From Brevundimonas sp. (GTDB lineage Bacteria; Pseudomonadota; Alphaproteobacteria; Caulobacterales; Caulobacteraceae), in assembly GCF_032017145.1 (NCBI RefSeq), contig NZ_DALZQC010000004.1, positions 494 to 64,493 on the forward strand: 64,000 bases of DNA, given 5' to 3'. Both the position numbers and the translations under genes were made by a program. Below the pieces are notes generated by a model. The model saw only the letters and a program-made list of their open reading frames with translations, did no database searches and was not told the origin of the DNA. Positions 1-10,243 of the stretch are shown here, piece after piece (positions within the stretch are counted from its first letter, which is position 1; each line of letters starts with the position of its first letter).

Positions 1-1
1 C

Positions 2-277
2 GCCCCGCTGGTCGTCATGGGCGATTTCAACGCGACCCAGGAGGATTCCGGTCTGTCCGTCCTGACCGGCCCGCGCTTCTTCAGCGCCCTGCCGCGCGGA
101 TCGGTCGCCACCACCCTGAATCCGGCCAAGGGCCACCCGAACCGCGTCATCGACCACATCTTCGCCGAGCGGTCGGGCTTCACGCCCGTCCAGGCCTATC
201 TGTTCGGCGACACCGCGACGAACGGCGAATATCCGTCCGACCATTTCGGCGTGGCGGCGACCCTTCGCCTTATCTGA
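2..277 (+). CDS. endonuclease/exonuclease/phosphatase (EEP) family protein, C-terminal fragment (5' end outside window)
   Basis: Frame open to window edge; PLVVMGDFN ... YPSDHFGV resemble the C-terminal EEP catalytic motifs (GDFN, SDH). Confidence 0.6.
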   Translation, partial: APLVVMGDFNATQEDSGLSVLTGPRFFSALPRGSVATTLNPAKGHPNRVIDHIFAERSGFTPVQAYLFGDTATNGEYPSDHFGVAATLRLI

Positions 278-617
278 GCGCCGCCGCGTAAAGCTCGGGC
301 TTGAAGCCGACCAGACGACGGTCGCCGATATCCAGCACCGGCCGTTTGATCATCGACGGCTGCGCCACCATCAGGGCGATGGCCTTGTCCCTGTCGATCC
401 CCGCCTTGTCGGCATCCGGCAACTTTTTGAACGTGGTCCCGGCCCGGTTCAGCACCGTCTCCCACCCATGTTCATCGATCCACTGACCCAGCCGGCCCGC
501 ATCCGCCCCGGTCTTCTTGTAGTCGTGAAACACATAGTCGACCCCGTTCTGCTCCAGCCACACCCGCGCCTTCTTGACCGTGTCGCAGTTGGGGATGCCA
601 TATAGGGTGTAGGTCAT
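270..617 (-). CDS. ArsC/Spx-family reductase-like protein (YffB type)
   Basis: 115 aa; N-terminal LYGIPNCDTVKKA redox motif and MIKRPVL segment typical of the ArsC/Spx family; 8-bp convergent overlap with the EEP ORF. Confidence 0.75.
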   Translation of the reverse strand: MTYTLYGIPNCDTVKKARVWLEQNGVDYVFHDYKKTGADAGRLGQWIDEHGWETVLNRAGTTFKKLPDADKAGIDRDKAIALMVAQPSMIKRPVLDIGDRRLVGFKPELYAAALR

Positions 618-701
618 TGTTCCTCAGCCAATGTCGCGTTTGTGTTGGGGAGCCGGTAGCGCAAATCGACCCGTTGCGGTCTCTCTGAGCGCCATCTTAG
701 A

Positions 702-1286
702 GTGACGTCAGCGAAGGATAGGGAATTCGAGACCATGGGCGCTCACCCTACAGGCGACCTAGCAGATGCGTTGATTTCATGTGGCATCAAACCGGTAGAT
801 GTGAAGGTAGAATGGGATGCCGACTGCCAAGAGGATGTCCTCACCTTTTCAGCAGCCAAAATCCCAAATGGGGTGCTGATAGACCTCGCAGATTTATATC
901 TGTCGTTTCCAACCCGCTTCGTGTTCGCATCAGAAGACCTGGAAACAGCTTTTCAAGGCATACTTTCAAAGTCGCCCAGATTGGTCGCGCTGCGAGATCA
1001 GGCCCTCGATCAGCAACACGAATGGCTCAAGACGCGGGGCCTATCAGCTTTTCGTAAGTTCGATCCGGCGAAAGAGAGTGTGGGAGATTTTGCTGTCCGC
1101 GTCGAAATCGCGTGCAACGCCGAACGAGGCGACCTGCTTTCGGTGAAGGGCAACGATGCAGTTTCTATCCATCCAAGAGACCCGAGCAAATTGACATTGG
1201 ATCGCATGAGGACGCTGTTAGCTCTCTTGGAGACATGCGCTCCTAACCTTCTCTATTTCGTGACGGGGGAGGACGGACCTGGGTGA
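702..1286 (+). CDS. hypothetical protein, orphan, visibly lower GC than flanks
   Basis: 194-aa ORF (GTG 702; alternative ATG 735) with balanced protein-like composition; no motif recognised. Confidence 0.4.
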   Translation: MTSAKDREFETMGAHPTGDLADALISCGIKPVDVKVEWDADCQEDVLTFSAAKIPNGVLIDLADLYLSFPTRFVFASEDLETAFQGILSKSPRLVALRDQALDQQHEWLKTRGLSAFRKFDPAKESVGDFAVRVEIACNAERGDLLSVKGNDAVSIHPRDPSKLTLDRMRTLLALLETCAPNLLYFVTGEDGPG

Positions 1287-1633
1287 TGTCAACTAACCAC
1301 CCGTAGCTGACGATGGCGACTTCCGCTTTCTGCCCTAACCGACACAATGTGTTTCGATAGAAACTCTGCGCGGCCGCCGTCATCGCGCCAAGCCAGCCAT
1401 CCTAACGTCTCGAACAAATACTAGCATTTCCCACGGCCTGACCTCCAGCAGCGTCAATCGACCATACAGGCCGCGATGTGCGGTATGATGTCATCCGGTC
1501 TTTGACATCCAGGCGCGTCGAAATTGCACCGTCTTGCACTTTGCACTATTTTTCCGGGTGCAGTGCAATTTCGCCTGGGGAAAATTTCAGACGAAGTGCA
1601 CACAGTGCACTCTGTTTTGTTCGTCTTCCGTCT

Positions 1634-2353
1634 TCAGAACAGCAACCCGGCCAGAACGCCGATCGCCGCCAGCATCAGGCTTCCGACCACCATCATCGCG
1701 CTGATGGCCAGTTGCAGCACCAGCCCCTTGCCGATCCCGGCCGCGATCCCGCGATACCAGCGCCCCCGGCCCATCCGCACGAAGACCACGACGCCGAGAA
1801 CGAACAGGGCCACGCTGCCCATCATCGCCACCGGCCCCGTGCCGTATATGAACCAGAACAACGGCAGCATCGGCACGGTCCAGGCGTTCAGATAGGCGAA
1901 GGCGGCGCGAAAGCCGCAACGCCACCCCAGGTCCTCGGCGTCCCACCAGCGCACCAACGGCAGGACGGCCAGCGCATAGAGGGGCGCCATCAGCGGGACG
2001 GTCAGAAAGGACATCCAGCCGTCGGCGTCGGACATGAAGGCGTCGCGCGACTTGCCGGACTGGGCCACCAGCGACGCCATCAGATCGGCGGGCATCTGCT
2101 CCAGCACCCCGCCCAGGCCGCCGCGCAGGAACACCACCAGCATCAGGATGGCGTTCAGCGCCAGATAGAGTTTCAGTGGCTTGGCATAGACCCCGCCGCC
2201 GGTCGGCCCCTCGATCATCCAGGCCTGCAGCACCAGGCGCGGGCGGATCAGCAGGTCCCGCGCCGTGCGCACTTCGACCCCGCCAAAGCCCAGGGCGTCT
2301 TCGGACAGGTCCTTGAACGCCTGTTTGCGCGTCGTTTCGCCTTCGGTCGTCAT
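1634..2353 (-). CDS. polytopic membrane protein, DUF3667-like (no zinc ribbon)
   Basis: Start chosen at MTTEGE (ATG 2353). The RDLLIRPRLVLQAWMIEG...YAKPLKLYLALNAIL segment plus about 5 hydrophobic helices resemble DUF3667 proteins. Confidence 0.5.
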   Translation of the reverse strand: MTTEGETTRKQAFKDLSEDALGFGGVEVRTARDLLIRPRLVLQAWMIEGPTGGGVYAKPLKLYLALNAILMLVVFLRGGLGGVLEQMPADLMASLVAQSGKSRDAFMSDADGWMSFLTVPLMAPLYALAVLPLVRWWDAEDLGWRCGFRAAFAYLNAWTVPMLPLFWFIYGTGPVAMMGSVALFVLGVVVFVRMGRGRWYRGIAAGIGKGLVLQLAISAMMVVGSLMLAAIGVLAGLLF

Positions 2354-2417
2354 GGATCGCCCCCGCCTAAGAGGGATGCATACACCGCCCGATTGAGCGC
2401 GCAAACGCGCGACCGCC

Positions 2418-5036
2418 TCAGAACCGCTTGGTCAGGCCCACGCTGAAGACCCGGCCGCGCGGGTCGGCGACCACGGGATCATAGCCCAGGGCGAACTGGG
2501 CCAGCGGCGGCGCCTTGTCGAACACATTGACCACCCCCACCGCCAGGTCGATGTCGGCGCCGATCGTGCGGCTGTACAGCACGTCCGCCGTGGTCTGGCT
2601 GGCGATGGTCGCATCGGTGATCCCGCTGCGGTCGTTGCGATAACCGTCGGTGTAATGGACCAGCGCGGTCACGGCGTCCGCCCCCCCGCTCCAGCCCAGG
2701 GCGAACTCTCCGCGATTGCGCGGCAGCGACCGGCCGATATTGCTCAGATTGGTCGATCCGACGCCCGAAACCTGGGCCGCACCATCGTTCAGCCGGATGT
2801 CATAGGCGTCCACATAGGTCCAGGTCGCCGACGCCGTCGCCCGACCGCCCCACAGCTCGCGGCCATAGCGCGCCGCCAGGTCCAGCCCTTGCGTCTCGAT
2901 GGACGAGGCGTTGATGAAATACAGCTGCATGAAGGTCAGGGCGCCGCTGGCCGAGCGGGTGATGCGCGCTTGCGCCGGCGTGCCCGTCCGTCCCGCCGCC
3001 GTATCGGCCGCCGCCTGGTCGATGACGGCCTGGGCCGCCTCCTTGACCACCTGATCCGTGTAGTCGAAGCGCCAGGCGTCCAGGCTGAATTCCAGCCCGT
3101 CCAGCGGCCGCCACACGGCGCCCAGGCTCAGGCTCTCGGACTTCTCGGGCTCCAGCGCCGCATCGCCCGAGGTCAGGGTGTTGACGAAGACGAAGGCGCC
3201 CCGGTCGAACACCGACGGCTGCGACGCCTGCGCCCCGGACTGGGCGTAGACGGACGGCGCGCGGAACCCCTGCCCCCACGACGCCCGCACGGCCACGGCG
3301 TCGGTCACGTCCCATCGGATGGCGGCCTTGGGACTGAACCGCCCCTCCCCGTCGTAGGTTTCGTAGCGGCCCGCCAGCTGCGCCTCGATGCGGTCGCCCA
3401 GATGCAGCCGCGCCTCGCCGAAGGCGGCCAGCGTCTCCTGATCCCCCTCGAAGTCGGGGGAATAGCCGGCGGTCAGCAGATCCCCCGCATTGACCAGATC
3501 GCTCCAGTCGTGCCGGAAGCCGCTGCGCCGATATTGGGCGCCCAGCGCCACATCGACCGAACCGCCGTCCCACGCCAGGGCCTGACCGCTGGTCGAGGCG
3601 TCCGCCGTGGTCAGGGTCGCCGCGCCGCGCAGGCCCGTATAGCCGATCAGGCTGTCGATCAGGACCGTGCTATTGGCCGTGCCGGTTCCCAGATAGGCGC
3701 TGCCGAACGGGTTGAAATACTGGCACGCCCCGACACCGGCCATGCCCGTCGCGGGGTTGCAACCCGCCCCGCCAAAGCCGTTAAGCGCCCGCTGCAATGC
3801 GCTGCCGATGGCGTCCGGCTTGTCATAGGCGACGTGCTGACGGCTGCTGGTCGCGGCCAGGTTCCATATCCAGCCGCCGGCAAACCGCCCGTCCAGACCG
3901 GCCGACAGGCGCCAGGTCGTGTATTCGAAATCGGCCTGGGACGCCCCGGCCTCGGCCCCCAGCAGCCGCCCGCGGAACAACACCGCCTCGCCGAACGGAT
4001 TGTCGGGATGCGACGCCGGAACCGTCAGCGACTGCGCCAGGATCGGCAAGGACGGCGATTGTCGCGCCACCGTCTCGGTCGATGACCAGGCCCCTTGCAG
4101 CGACAGGGTCATGTCCCCGATCGGCCGGCGATAGTCGGCGAAAAGCTGCGTCCGCGTCTCCTCCGGCGCCAGATCGAAGAAGTCGGAGTAATCGAGCCGG
4201 CAGAAGCTGTCCGTCGGCGTGTTCTTGTAGGCGCTGCCGAAAGCCGGATTCCCGCACGCCGGATCGGGCGAGAAGCCGTTGCGGCTGGGTCGGAAATAGG
4301 AGCCGGGCTGGCCATAGCTGGTCACCGCCGTCCACGCCGCCCGGCCATAGCGTTCGGCCTGGGTGAAGTCCCGCTCGTCCGACCCCAGGGCCGAACGGTG
4401 GAAATGCGCGGCGGCCAGCGTCAGATTTCCGCCCAGCAGGTCGAACCCGCCTATGGCCTGGACAACGCTCTCTTCCGACCCGTCGGCCACAGCGTATTTG
4501 GCGCTGATCTCGGGCCGGTCCACGTCATGGCGAGTGATGAAGTTGACCACGCCCGCCACCGCGTCCGAGCCATAGACGGCCGAGGCTCCGTCCTTGACCA
4601 CCTCCACCCGCTGCAAGGCGATCGTCGGCACGAGCGAGTTGATGTCCACAAAGGCCGATCCGTCGGTGGCGACCACCGCGCTGGTCGTCCAGCGCTGACC
4701 GTCCACCAGGACCAGCGTCGACCCTAGGCCCAGATTGCGCAGGTTGAACTGGGCCGTGCCCGAGCTCTGGGGCTGGTTCAACTGATCGACCTGGGCCTCC
4801 GAGCCCGAGTTGGCCGTGACCAGCCGCACCAGCTGCGACGCATCGGCGATCCCGGCCGCCTCCATGACGTCGCGTCCGACCGTCTCCACCGGCGCGATCC
4901 GGTCGCCGCCGGCGATCCGCGATCCTGTGACCACGATATCGTCCACCTGCGCCGCCTTCTGGTCCTCGGCATGGGCGGCCGCATCCGCCAGCCAGGCCAT
5001 AGAAGCCGTCATCATCAGGAATCTGCGTTGCGTCAT
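2418..5036 (-). CDS. TonB-dependent receptor
   Basis: 872 aa; signal peptide, plug motifs (IVVTGSR, VEVVKDGASAVYGSDAVAGVVNFITR), terminal ...GLTKRF aromatic residue. Confidence 0.9.
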   Translation of the reverse strand: MTQRRFLMMTASMAWLADAAAHAEDQKAAQVDDIVVTGSRIAGGDRIAPVETVGRDVMEAAGIADASQLVRLVTANSGSEAQVDQLNQPQSSGTAQFNLRNLGLGSTLVLVDGQRWTTSAVVATDGSAFVDINSLVPTIALQRVEVVKDGASAVYGSDAVAGVVNFITRHDVDRPEISAKYAVADGSEESVVQAIGGFDLLGGNLTLAAAHFHRSALGSDERDFTQAERYGRAAWTAVTSYGQPGSYFRPSRNGFSPDPACGNPAFGSAYKNTPTDSFCRLDYSDFFDLAPEETRTQLFADYRRPIGDMTLSLQGAWSSTETVARQSPSLPILAQSLTVPASHPDNPFGEAVLFRGRLLGAEAGASQADFEYTTWRLSAGLDGRFAGGWIWNLAATSSRQHVAYDKPDAIGSALQRALNGFGGAGCNPATGMAGVGACQYFNPFGSAYLGTGTANSTVLIDSLIGYTGLRGAATLTTADASTSGQALAWDGGSVDVALGAQYRRSGFRHDWSDLVNAGDLLTAGYSPDFEGDQETLAAFGEARLHLGDRIEAQLAGRYETYDGEGRFSPKAAIRWDVTDAVAVRASWGQGFRAPSVYAQSGAQASQPSVFDRGAFVFVNTLTSGDAALEPEKSESLSLGAVWRPLDGLEFSLDAWRFDYTDQVVKEAAQAVIDQAAADTAAGRTGTPAQARITRSASGALTFMQLYFINASSIETQGLDLAARYGRELWGGRATASATWTYVDAYDIRLNDGAAQVSGVGSTNLSNIGRSLPRNRGEFALGWSGGADAVTALVHYTDGYRNDRSGITDATIASQTTADVLYSRTIGADIDLAVGVVNVFDKAPPLAQFALGYDPVVADPRGRVFSVGLTKRF

Positions 5037-5157
5037 CTGGATGCTCCCCCGCGTCTGGCAGCGGCTTCTAGCCAGCGCGGCGGTTTTGCGAAAGCGTAAT
5101 TTTGCAATTTTGCAAATTCAGTCGACGACGAGACATCGTGCGGCATTGATCCGAAGG

Positions 5158-5171
5158 TGTAACCGGTTACG
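5158..5171. promoter_or_regulatory. LacI-family operator-like palindrome TGTAACCGGTTACg
   Basis: Perfect 12-bp palindrome GTAACCGGTTAC 40 bp upstream of the ABC ATPase start. Closely resembles ATGTAAGCGGTTACAT at 26340-26355 upstream of the LacI gene. Confidence 0.5.
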
Positions 5172-5210
5172 GTGCGGCAAAATAAGAAATGGCTCAGGGA
5201 AGCAGGAAGC

Positions 5211-6299
<1,089 letters not shown>

Positions 6300-6450
6300 A
6301 AGTCCTTCTCCCCTCGGGGGAGAAGGTGGCTCGCGAAGCGAGACGGATGAGGGGGCAGCTTCCACAACCTCGCCCTCGCCGTTTCGATGCGGATAGATAC
6401 CCCTCATCCGGGGCCTCCGGCCCCACCTTCTCCCCCATGGGGAGAAGTAT
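6300..6450. repeat. REP/MITE-like intergenic palindromic element
   Basis: Hairpins CTTCTCCCCtcgGGGGAGAAG (about 6305-6325) and CTTCTCCCCcatGGGGAGAAG (6427-6447), plus the inverted pair CGGATGAGGGG / CCCCTCATCCG. Spurious ORFs 6286..6627 and 6296..6481 translate it. Confidence 0.6.
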
Positions 6451-6737
6451 AGGCTCCTTGATCCCGCTTAACTCTCTGTAAAACAGAATAATCTTATCGG
6501 AGAGAAGTGCCGTGTAGAGTTCGTGTAGATAATTCTGCACGTTGCCCACAAAAGATGGCTGGAGTCGCTGGCGGCGTCCACTGGTTTGGGCTGCTGTCAG
6601 CGTCAGCGGTTGGGCTCGATATGGCACCAGGCGAAGGCCGCCGCAGCCGCTCCTGCGCCCAACGCGCGGAAGTCTCGCCAGCCAAAGGAGTGACGGGAAC
6701 GGTGGGCGTCCGCGCCAACCGCAACCATTCCGCCCGC

Positions 6738-7046
6738 CTAGAACAGCGAGAGCTGCCTGCTCGCTTCCTCAAAGGCCGTCCATTCAGGCGAACGCGAAGC
6801 CTGATCGAGCCACGCCTCCACGAAGGCTTCCGCACTTTCGTAACCATCCATCGCCGCCTTGGGCGTGAAATGCGACCTGTAGCCGGTCTCGGTGATCGGC
6901 AATGGCGCTCGCTCGGGTGACACGCTCACCACTTCCAGATGGGCCATATGGGTTCGGTCGTCATAGACCAGATAGTCGGCGTTCCACCGGATTTCGATCT
7001 CGATGCCATTCCAGCGTGTCCGAGTTATTGAATAGTCATTCTTCAT
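6738..7046 (-). CDS. hypothetical protein (island-borne, 102 aa)
   Basis: Start chosen at MKNDYSI (ATG 7046); the upstream part of ORF 6738..7229 is Arg/Pro-rich and not protein-like. No motif recognised. Confidence 0.45.
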   Translation of the reverse strand: MKNDYSITRTRWNGIEIEIRWNADYLVYDDRTHMAHLEVVSVSPERAPLPITETGYRSHFTPKAAMDGYESAEAFVEAWLDQASRSPEWTAFEEASRQLSLF

Positions 7047-7513
7047 ATCCGCCTCTGGAGTTTGGGTTCGTACTGAACCCTTGCCCGTCGGCGAGACTGG
7101 GGGAGCAAACGTAGCGGGAGGCTTCGCGGGGACCCGGCTGCAACGAGCATCGCGAGAGAAGCTGGGCGGAAGGCTCTTCGGAGTGCGCCGGGGGCGACGC
7201 CCCAAGTCTCTTGCGATAGGGATTGTCACCCGAGAGGGACGAGATCTCTGGCAGCGTCGGAAGCTCGTGGCGCAGCCTAAAGCCCTCCTGCGCCCCAGCG
7301 CAGATCGCCATGAACTTCAGTGCCTGAAATACCCAAGCGGGCGAACGGTGCGCGCACGGCAAAGCCCCAAGCCTGTTGCGCTAGGGCGACCGTCCGAATG
7401 GAATGAGATCGCCAGGGCGGCCTAAGCCCAACCATCCACTCTAACTCGCTTTGACAATCAAAAGTCGTCCGAGTGCTGATGTTCAGATCCATCAGATATT
7501 GCGGGAGATGAAC

Positions 7514-8983
7514 ATGCAGGCCTCGCCGATTAAAGCAGCGCAGTACGTGCGAATGTCGACTGAGCGACAAGAATACTCACCCACGTTCCAGAAGGCGACC
7601 AACGAGGCCTTTGCGGTCGAACATGGGATGCAGATCGTTCGGACTTACGAAGACGCCGCCGTGAGTGGGGTCTCTCTCCGTAACAGAGACGGTCTAAAAG
7701 CCCTTTTAGCCGACGTGCTTTCAGGGGACAGCGGGTTCACCTGCGTCCTTGTTTACGACGTCAGCCGATGGGGCCGGTTCCAAAATTCCGACCAGGCCGC
7801 CTACTACGAGTTCATGTGCGTTCAGGCGGGCGTACCTGTCCTCTATTGCGCTGACGGTTTTAAAAACGACGGCAGTCCGATGTCGCAACTGATGAAGCAT
7901 ATCAAACGGACCATGGCGGGACAGTACAGCCATGACCTTTCCGAGAAGGTGACACGCGCTCAGCGTGGACTATTGGCCCAAGGATTCTGGACCGGAGGGC
8001 GGGCTCCGCTCGGCTTGCGGCGGATATTCACGCGCAGTGATGGCACGATGCTCGCCGCACCATCGGGTTCGTTCGTCCGTAAACAGCAAGGTGTGCGAAC
8101 CAAGCTCATCCTGGGACCGGACGCCGAGGTGGAGTTCGTGCGTCGAATATTCGCGCTCTATCTTCGTCCGAAGGCGACCACTGTGAGCGTCGCGCGAAAA
8201 CTGACGGCAGATCAGGACGTGAATGCTGAGTGGGGTGATTGGTCAGCCAGACGAGTGCGGTACATCCTCGATAACCAGGCCTACATCGGCAAACTCATCG
8301 GCGGGCGTTACTCCAGACCAGTCGGCGTCAAGTCTGGGGGCGCCCTGCCTCGCGCCGACTGGATCGTCGTGGATGACGGCGTTCCCCCAATCGTGACAAA
8401 GGATGTCTTCGAGGCTGCACAACGAAAGCGCCAGCGCAACCGAACTCCTGTTGCTTTTAAAGCCGCGCTCGCCGATCTGCGGCGCGTTGGCGCCGACCAT
8501 GGCTACATCAGTCAGGGCCTCATTCGACGCTTCGGCCGATGGAGCCCCGGCGTTTACTACCGGCAAGTCGGCCCTATGCCGGTCATTCGCGATCTACTGA
8601 ACCTGCCCGTGCCGGCCAAGTTTGCGAACCATCACCTTTTTAAGGGCGACATGAACCGTCACGGCCGAGGCAAGCCGAGATATTCGATGGACGATTTGCA
8701 CCAGCACCTGAAACGGGCCTTTGCCGAGCATGGCAGCCTGTCGCGTGAGATACTGGACGCTTACGGTACGCCCAGCACCTACACGATCTACCGTCGCTAC
8801 GGCTCAATGGCCGCCGCGTATCTGGCCGCTGGTTATCAGCCGAGTGGGCTTCAACTCCAGAAAATGGCGGAGCATCACTCCTCGGAAATCCTGACCGCCC
8901 GCGCGAGGCGAGCCAGTGCGGTAGCAAATGCCGCCTCCGCAGCGTCCGGGGCTATCCCAAGTTGCGATCCGATCTCGCCGTAG
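7514..8983 (+). CDS. large serine recombinase (resolvase/invertase N-domain + recombinase domain)
   Basis: [12 protein letters not shown] (catalytic Ser), [11 protein letters not shown], and a central recombinase-domain-like segment. SD GGGAG 7503-7507 favours ATG 7514 (TTG 7451 possible). Confidence 0.85.
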   Translation: MQASPIKAAQYVRMSTERQEYSPTFQKATNEAFAVEHGMQIVRTYEDAAVSGVSLRNRDGLKALLADVLSGDSGFTCVLVYDVSRWGRFQNSDQAAYYEFMCVQAGVPVLYCADGFKNDGSPMSQLMKHIKRTMAGQYSHDLSEKVTRAQRGLLAQGFWTGGRAPLGLRRIFTRSDGTMLAAPSGSFVRKQQGVRTKLILGPDAEVEFVRRIFALYLRPKATTVSVARKLTADQDVNAEWGDWSARRVRYILDNQAYIGKLIGGRYSRPVGVKSGGALPRADWIVVDDGVPPIVTKDVFEAAQRKRQRNRTPVAFKAALADLRRVGADHGYISQGLIRRFGRWSPGVYYRQVGPMPVIRDLLNLPVPAKFANHHLFKGDMNRHGRGKPRYSMDDLHQHLKRAFAEHGSLSREILDAYGTPSTYTIYRRYGSMAAAYLAAGYQPSGLQLQKMAEHHSSEILTARARRASAVANAASAASGAIPSCDPISP

Positions 8984-9114
8984 GTGAGCCCCCCGAAACG
9001 ATGGAGAACGAACACGTCGCGAAGGTTGGTAGGCAGTCGCAGGATCGCCGCCTTAAGGACATCCGCAGAGCTTCTTGCACGTCCGCGTTTTGGCCGGGAC
9101 TTTGGCGTTGTCAT
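8875..9114 (-). CDS. sigma-70 region-4 (HTH) only mini-protein, 79 aa
   Basis: [45 protein letters not shown] matches ECF sigma region 4.2. No region 2 is encoded upstream. Overlaps the recombinase 3' end by 109 bp. Confidence 0.55.
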   Translation of the reverse strand: MTTPKSRPKRGRARSSADVLKAAILRLPTNLRDVFVLHRFGGLTYGEIGSQLGIAPDAAEAAFATALARLARAVRISEE

Positions 9115-9182
9115 CCGCTCGTCCTCCAGTCGATTCCGATGATGGCTCGATCATTAGCAGCACGTCGTCGATCGCCTTCCGG

Positions 9183-9728
9183 CTAGGCGTTCAACAAGTT
9201 CATGGAAGTTCCTTGGGAGATCGCGATGAGGTCCATCCGCGATCTCGTGATCATTGCGTGGGCCTCCGGATGGTCCTCGGGCCAGATCAGACGCTCAACG
9301 ACTGCCAGCCGCGCAACGATCGCCTCCAAGGTCGCCGCGCTTGAATCAGGGATCGCCTCTAGAAGACGCTCACGCTTGTCGAATAGCGTGGTCAAGATGC
9401 CGTCTATGTCGCGAAGCTCTTTGGACCATGGCAAAGCCTGCTGTTCAGTCGGCGTGAGGTTGCACCACGAATGCTCCCGGATCAGCCAGCCTTCCAGTTT
9501 CGCCCAACGGGTCTGGAGACGCTCTATCTGGGCATCGACGGCCAGCCAGTTTCTGCACCGCCGCGTCGCTACGTCCGAAGCGGCATCGGCGGCGGGAAGC
9601 AGGGCAGCGGAAGCGGCAGCCGGATTGGCCGCCCCAAACGCAACGGCCGATGTGCCGGCGATGAGCGCGCGCCTGGAAAGTGCAGGCAGGCGCGCGTCCT
9701 CGATGCCCGTCTTTCGACGCGAGCCCAT
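9183..9728 (-). CDS. hypothetical protein with twin-arginine-like signal
   Basis: 181 aa; LSRRALIAGTSAVAFGAANPAAASA N-terminus, remainder predicted helical; directly upstream of the sigma-4-only ORF. Confidence 0.55.
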   Translation of the reverse strand: MGSRRKTGIEDARLPALSRRALIAGTSAVAFGAANPAAASAALLPAADAASDVATRRCRNWLAVDAQIERLQTRWAKLEGWLIREHSWCNLTPTEQQALPWSKELRDIDGILTTLFDKRERLLEAIPDSSAATLEAIVARLAVVERLIWPEDHPEAHAMITRSRMDLIAISQGTSMNLLNA

Positions 9729-9829
9729 GACTAATGCCTTCCAATCAACTATGATTATTTTATAATCGCCGAAGGCAAGTGCCGCGTCAATATAAAATAG
9801 TCTTTCATGATAATAAAATCATCATTGCT

Positions 9830-10078
9830 GTGCTGACATCCCCACAAATCAAGGCCGCGCGCGCCCTCCTCGGTTGGAGCCAGCCTTCGTTGGCGAAGGC
9901 GTCGGGCCTCTCGCTGCCCACCATCGTGCGTATGGAGAGCCAGCTCGGTCCGGGGCGTAGCTCTGCCGCTAATGTCGAAGCTGTTCAGCTGGCTCTTGAA
10001 ACCGCTGGGGTCACCTTCCTGGAAGGGACAAGCGAGTCGGGGCCGGGAGTGCGCCTAAAACGCGGACTTGAAGGATGA
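9830..10078 (+). CDS. XRE-family helix-turn-helix regulator
   Basis: LTSPQIKAARALLGWSQPSLAKASGLSLPTIVRMES HTH. GTG 9830 is preferred over GTG 9779 because 9780-9829 is an AT-rich promoter-like tract. Confidence 0.7.
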   Translation: MLTSPQIKAARALLGWSQPSLAKASGLSLPTIVRMESQLGPGRSSAANVEAVQLALETAGVTFLEGTSESGPGVRLKRGLEG

Positions 10079-10243
10079 TGACTTAGTTAGACGCCGCTGG
10101 AAGCAGACCTCCGTTATGTCGTCTACGGGGGGGTTAGCGGAAATCGTCCCACGACGACCTTGGGCCTTCCTTCTAAGGTCTGCCTGACACATAGCGAGCG
10201 GCCCGCTGTCGCGCCGCGCGTGCTTGGAGATAGGAGCAAGGTG

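Noticed and set aside
5081-5120. Tandem AATTTTGCA units (TAATTTTGCAATTTTGCAAATTC) upstream of the 2418..5036 receptor, considered as a second regulator site related to the TTTGCA prp motifs.
   Set aside because: Only one short cluster in an AT-rich promoter region. Similarity to the prp motifs may be coincidental, so there is insufficient support for a call.
7047-7450. 400-bp ORF-poor stretch inside the island, examined for an oriT, gene remnants (e.g. ArdC/ParB fragments) or a structured RNA. Small hairpins lie at about 7064-7080 and 7190-7202.
   Set aside because: Nothing recognisable beyond short hairpins. The overlapping ORFs (7036..7362, 7081..7425, 7277..7570) are not protein-like. Left unannotated.
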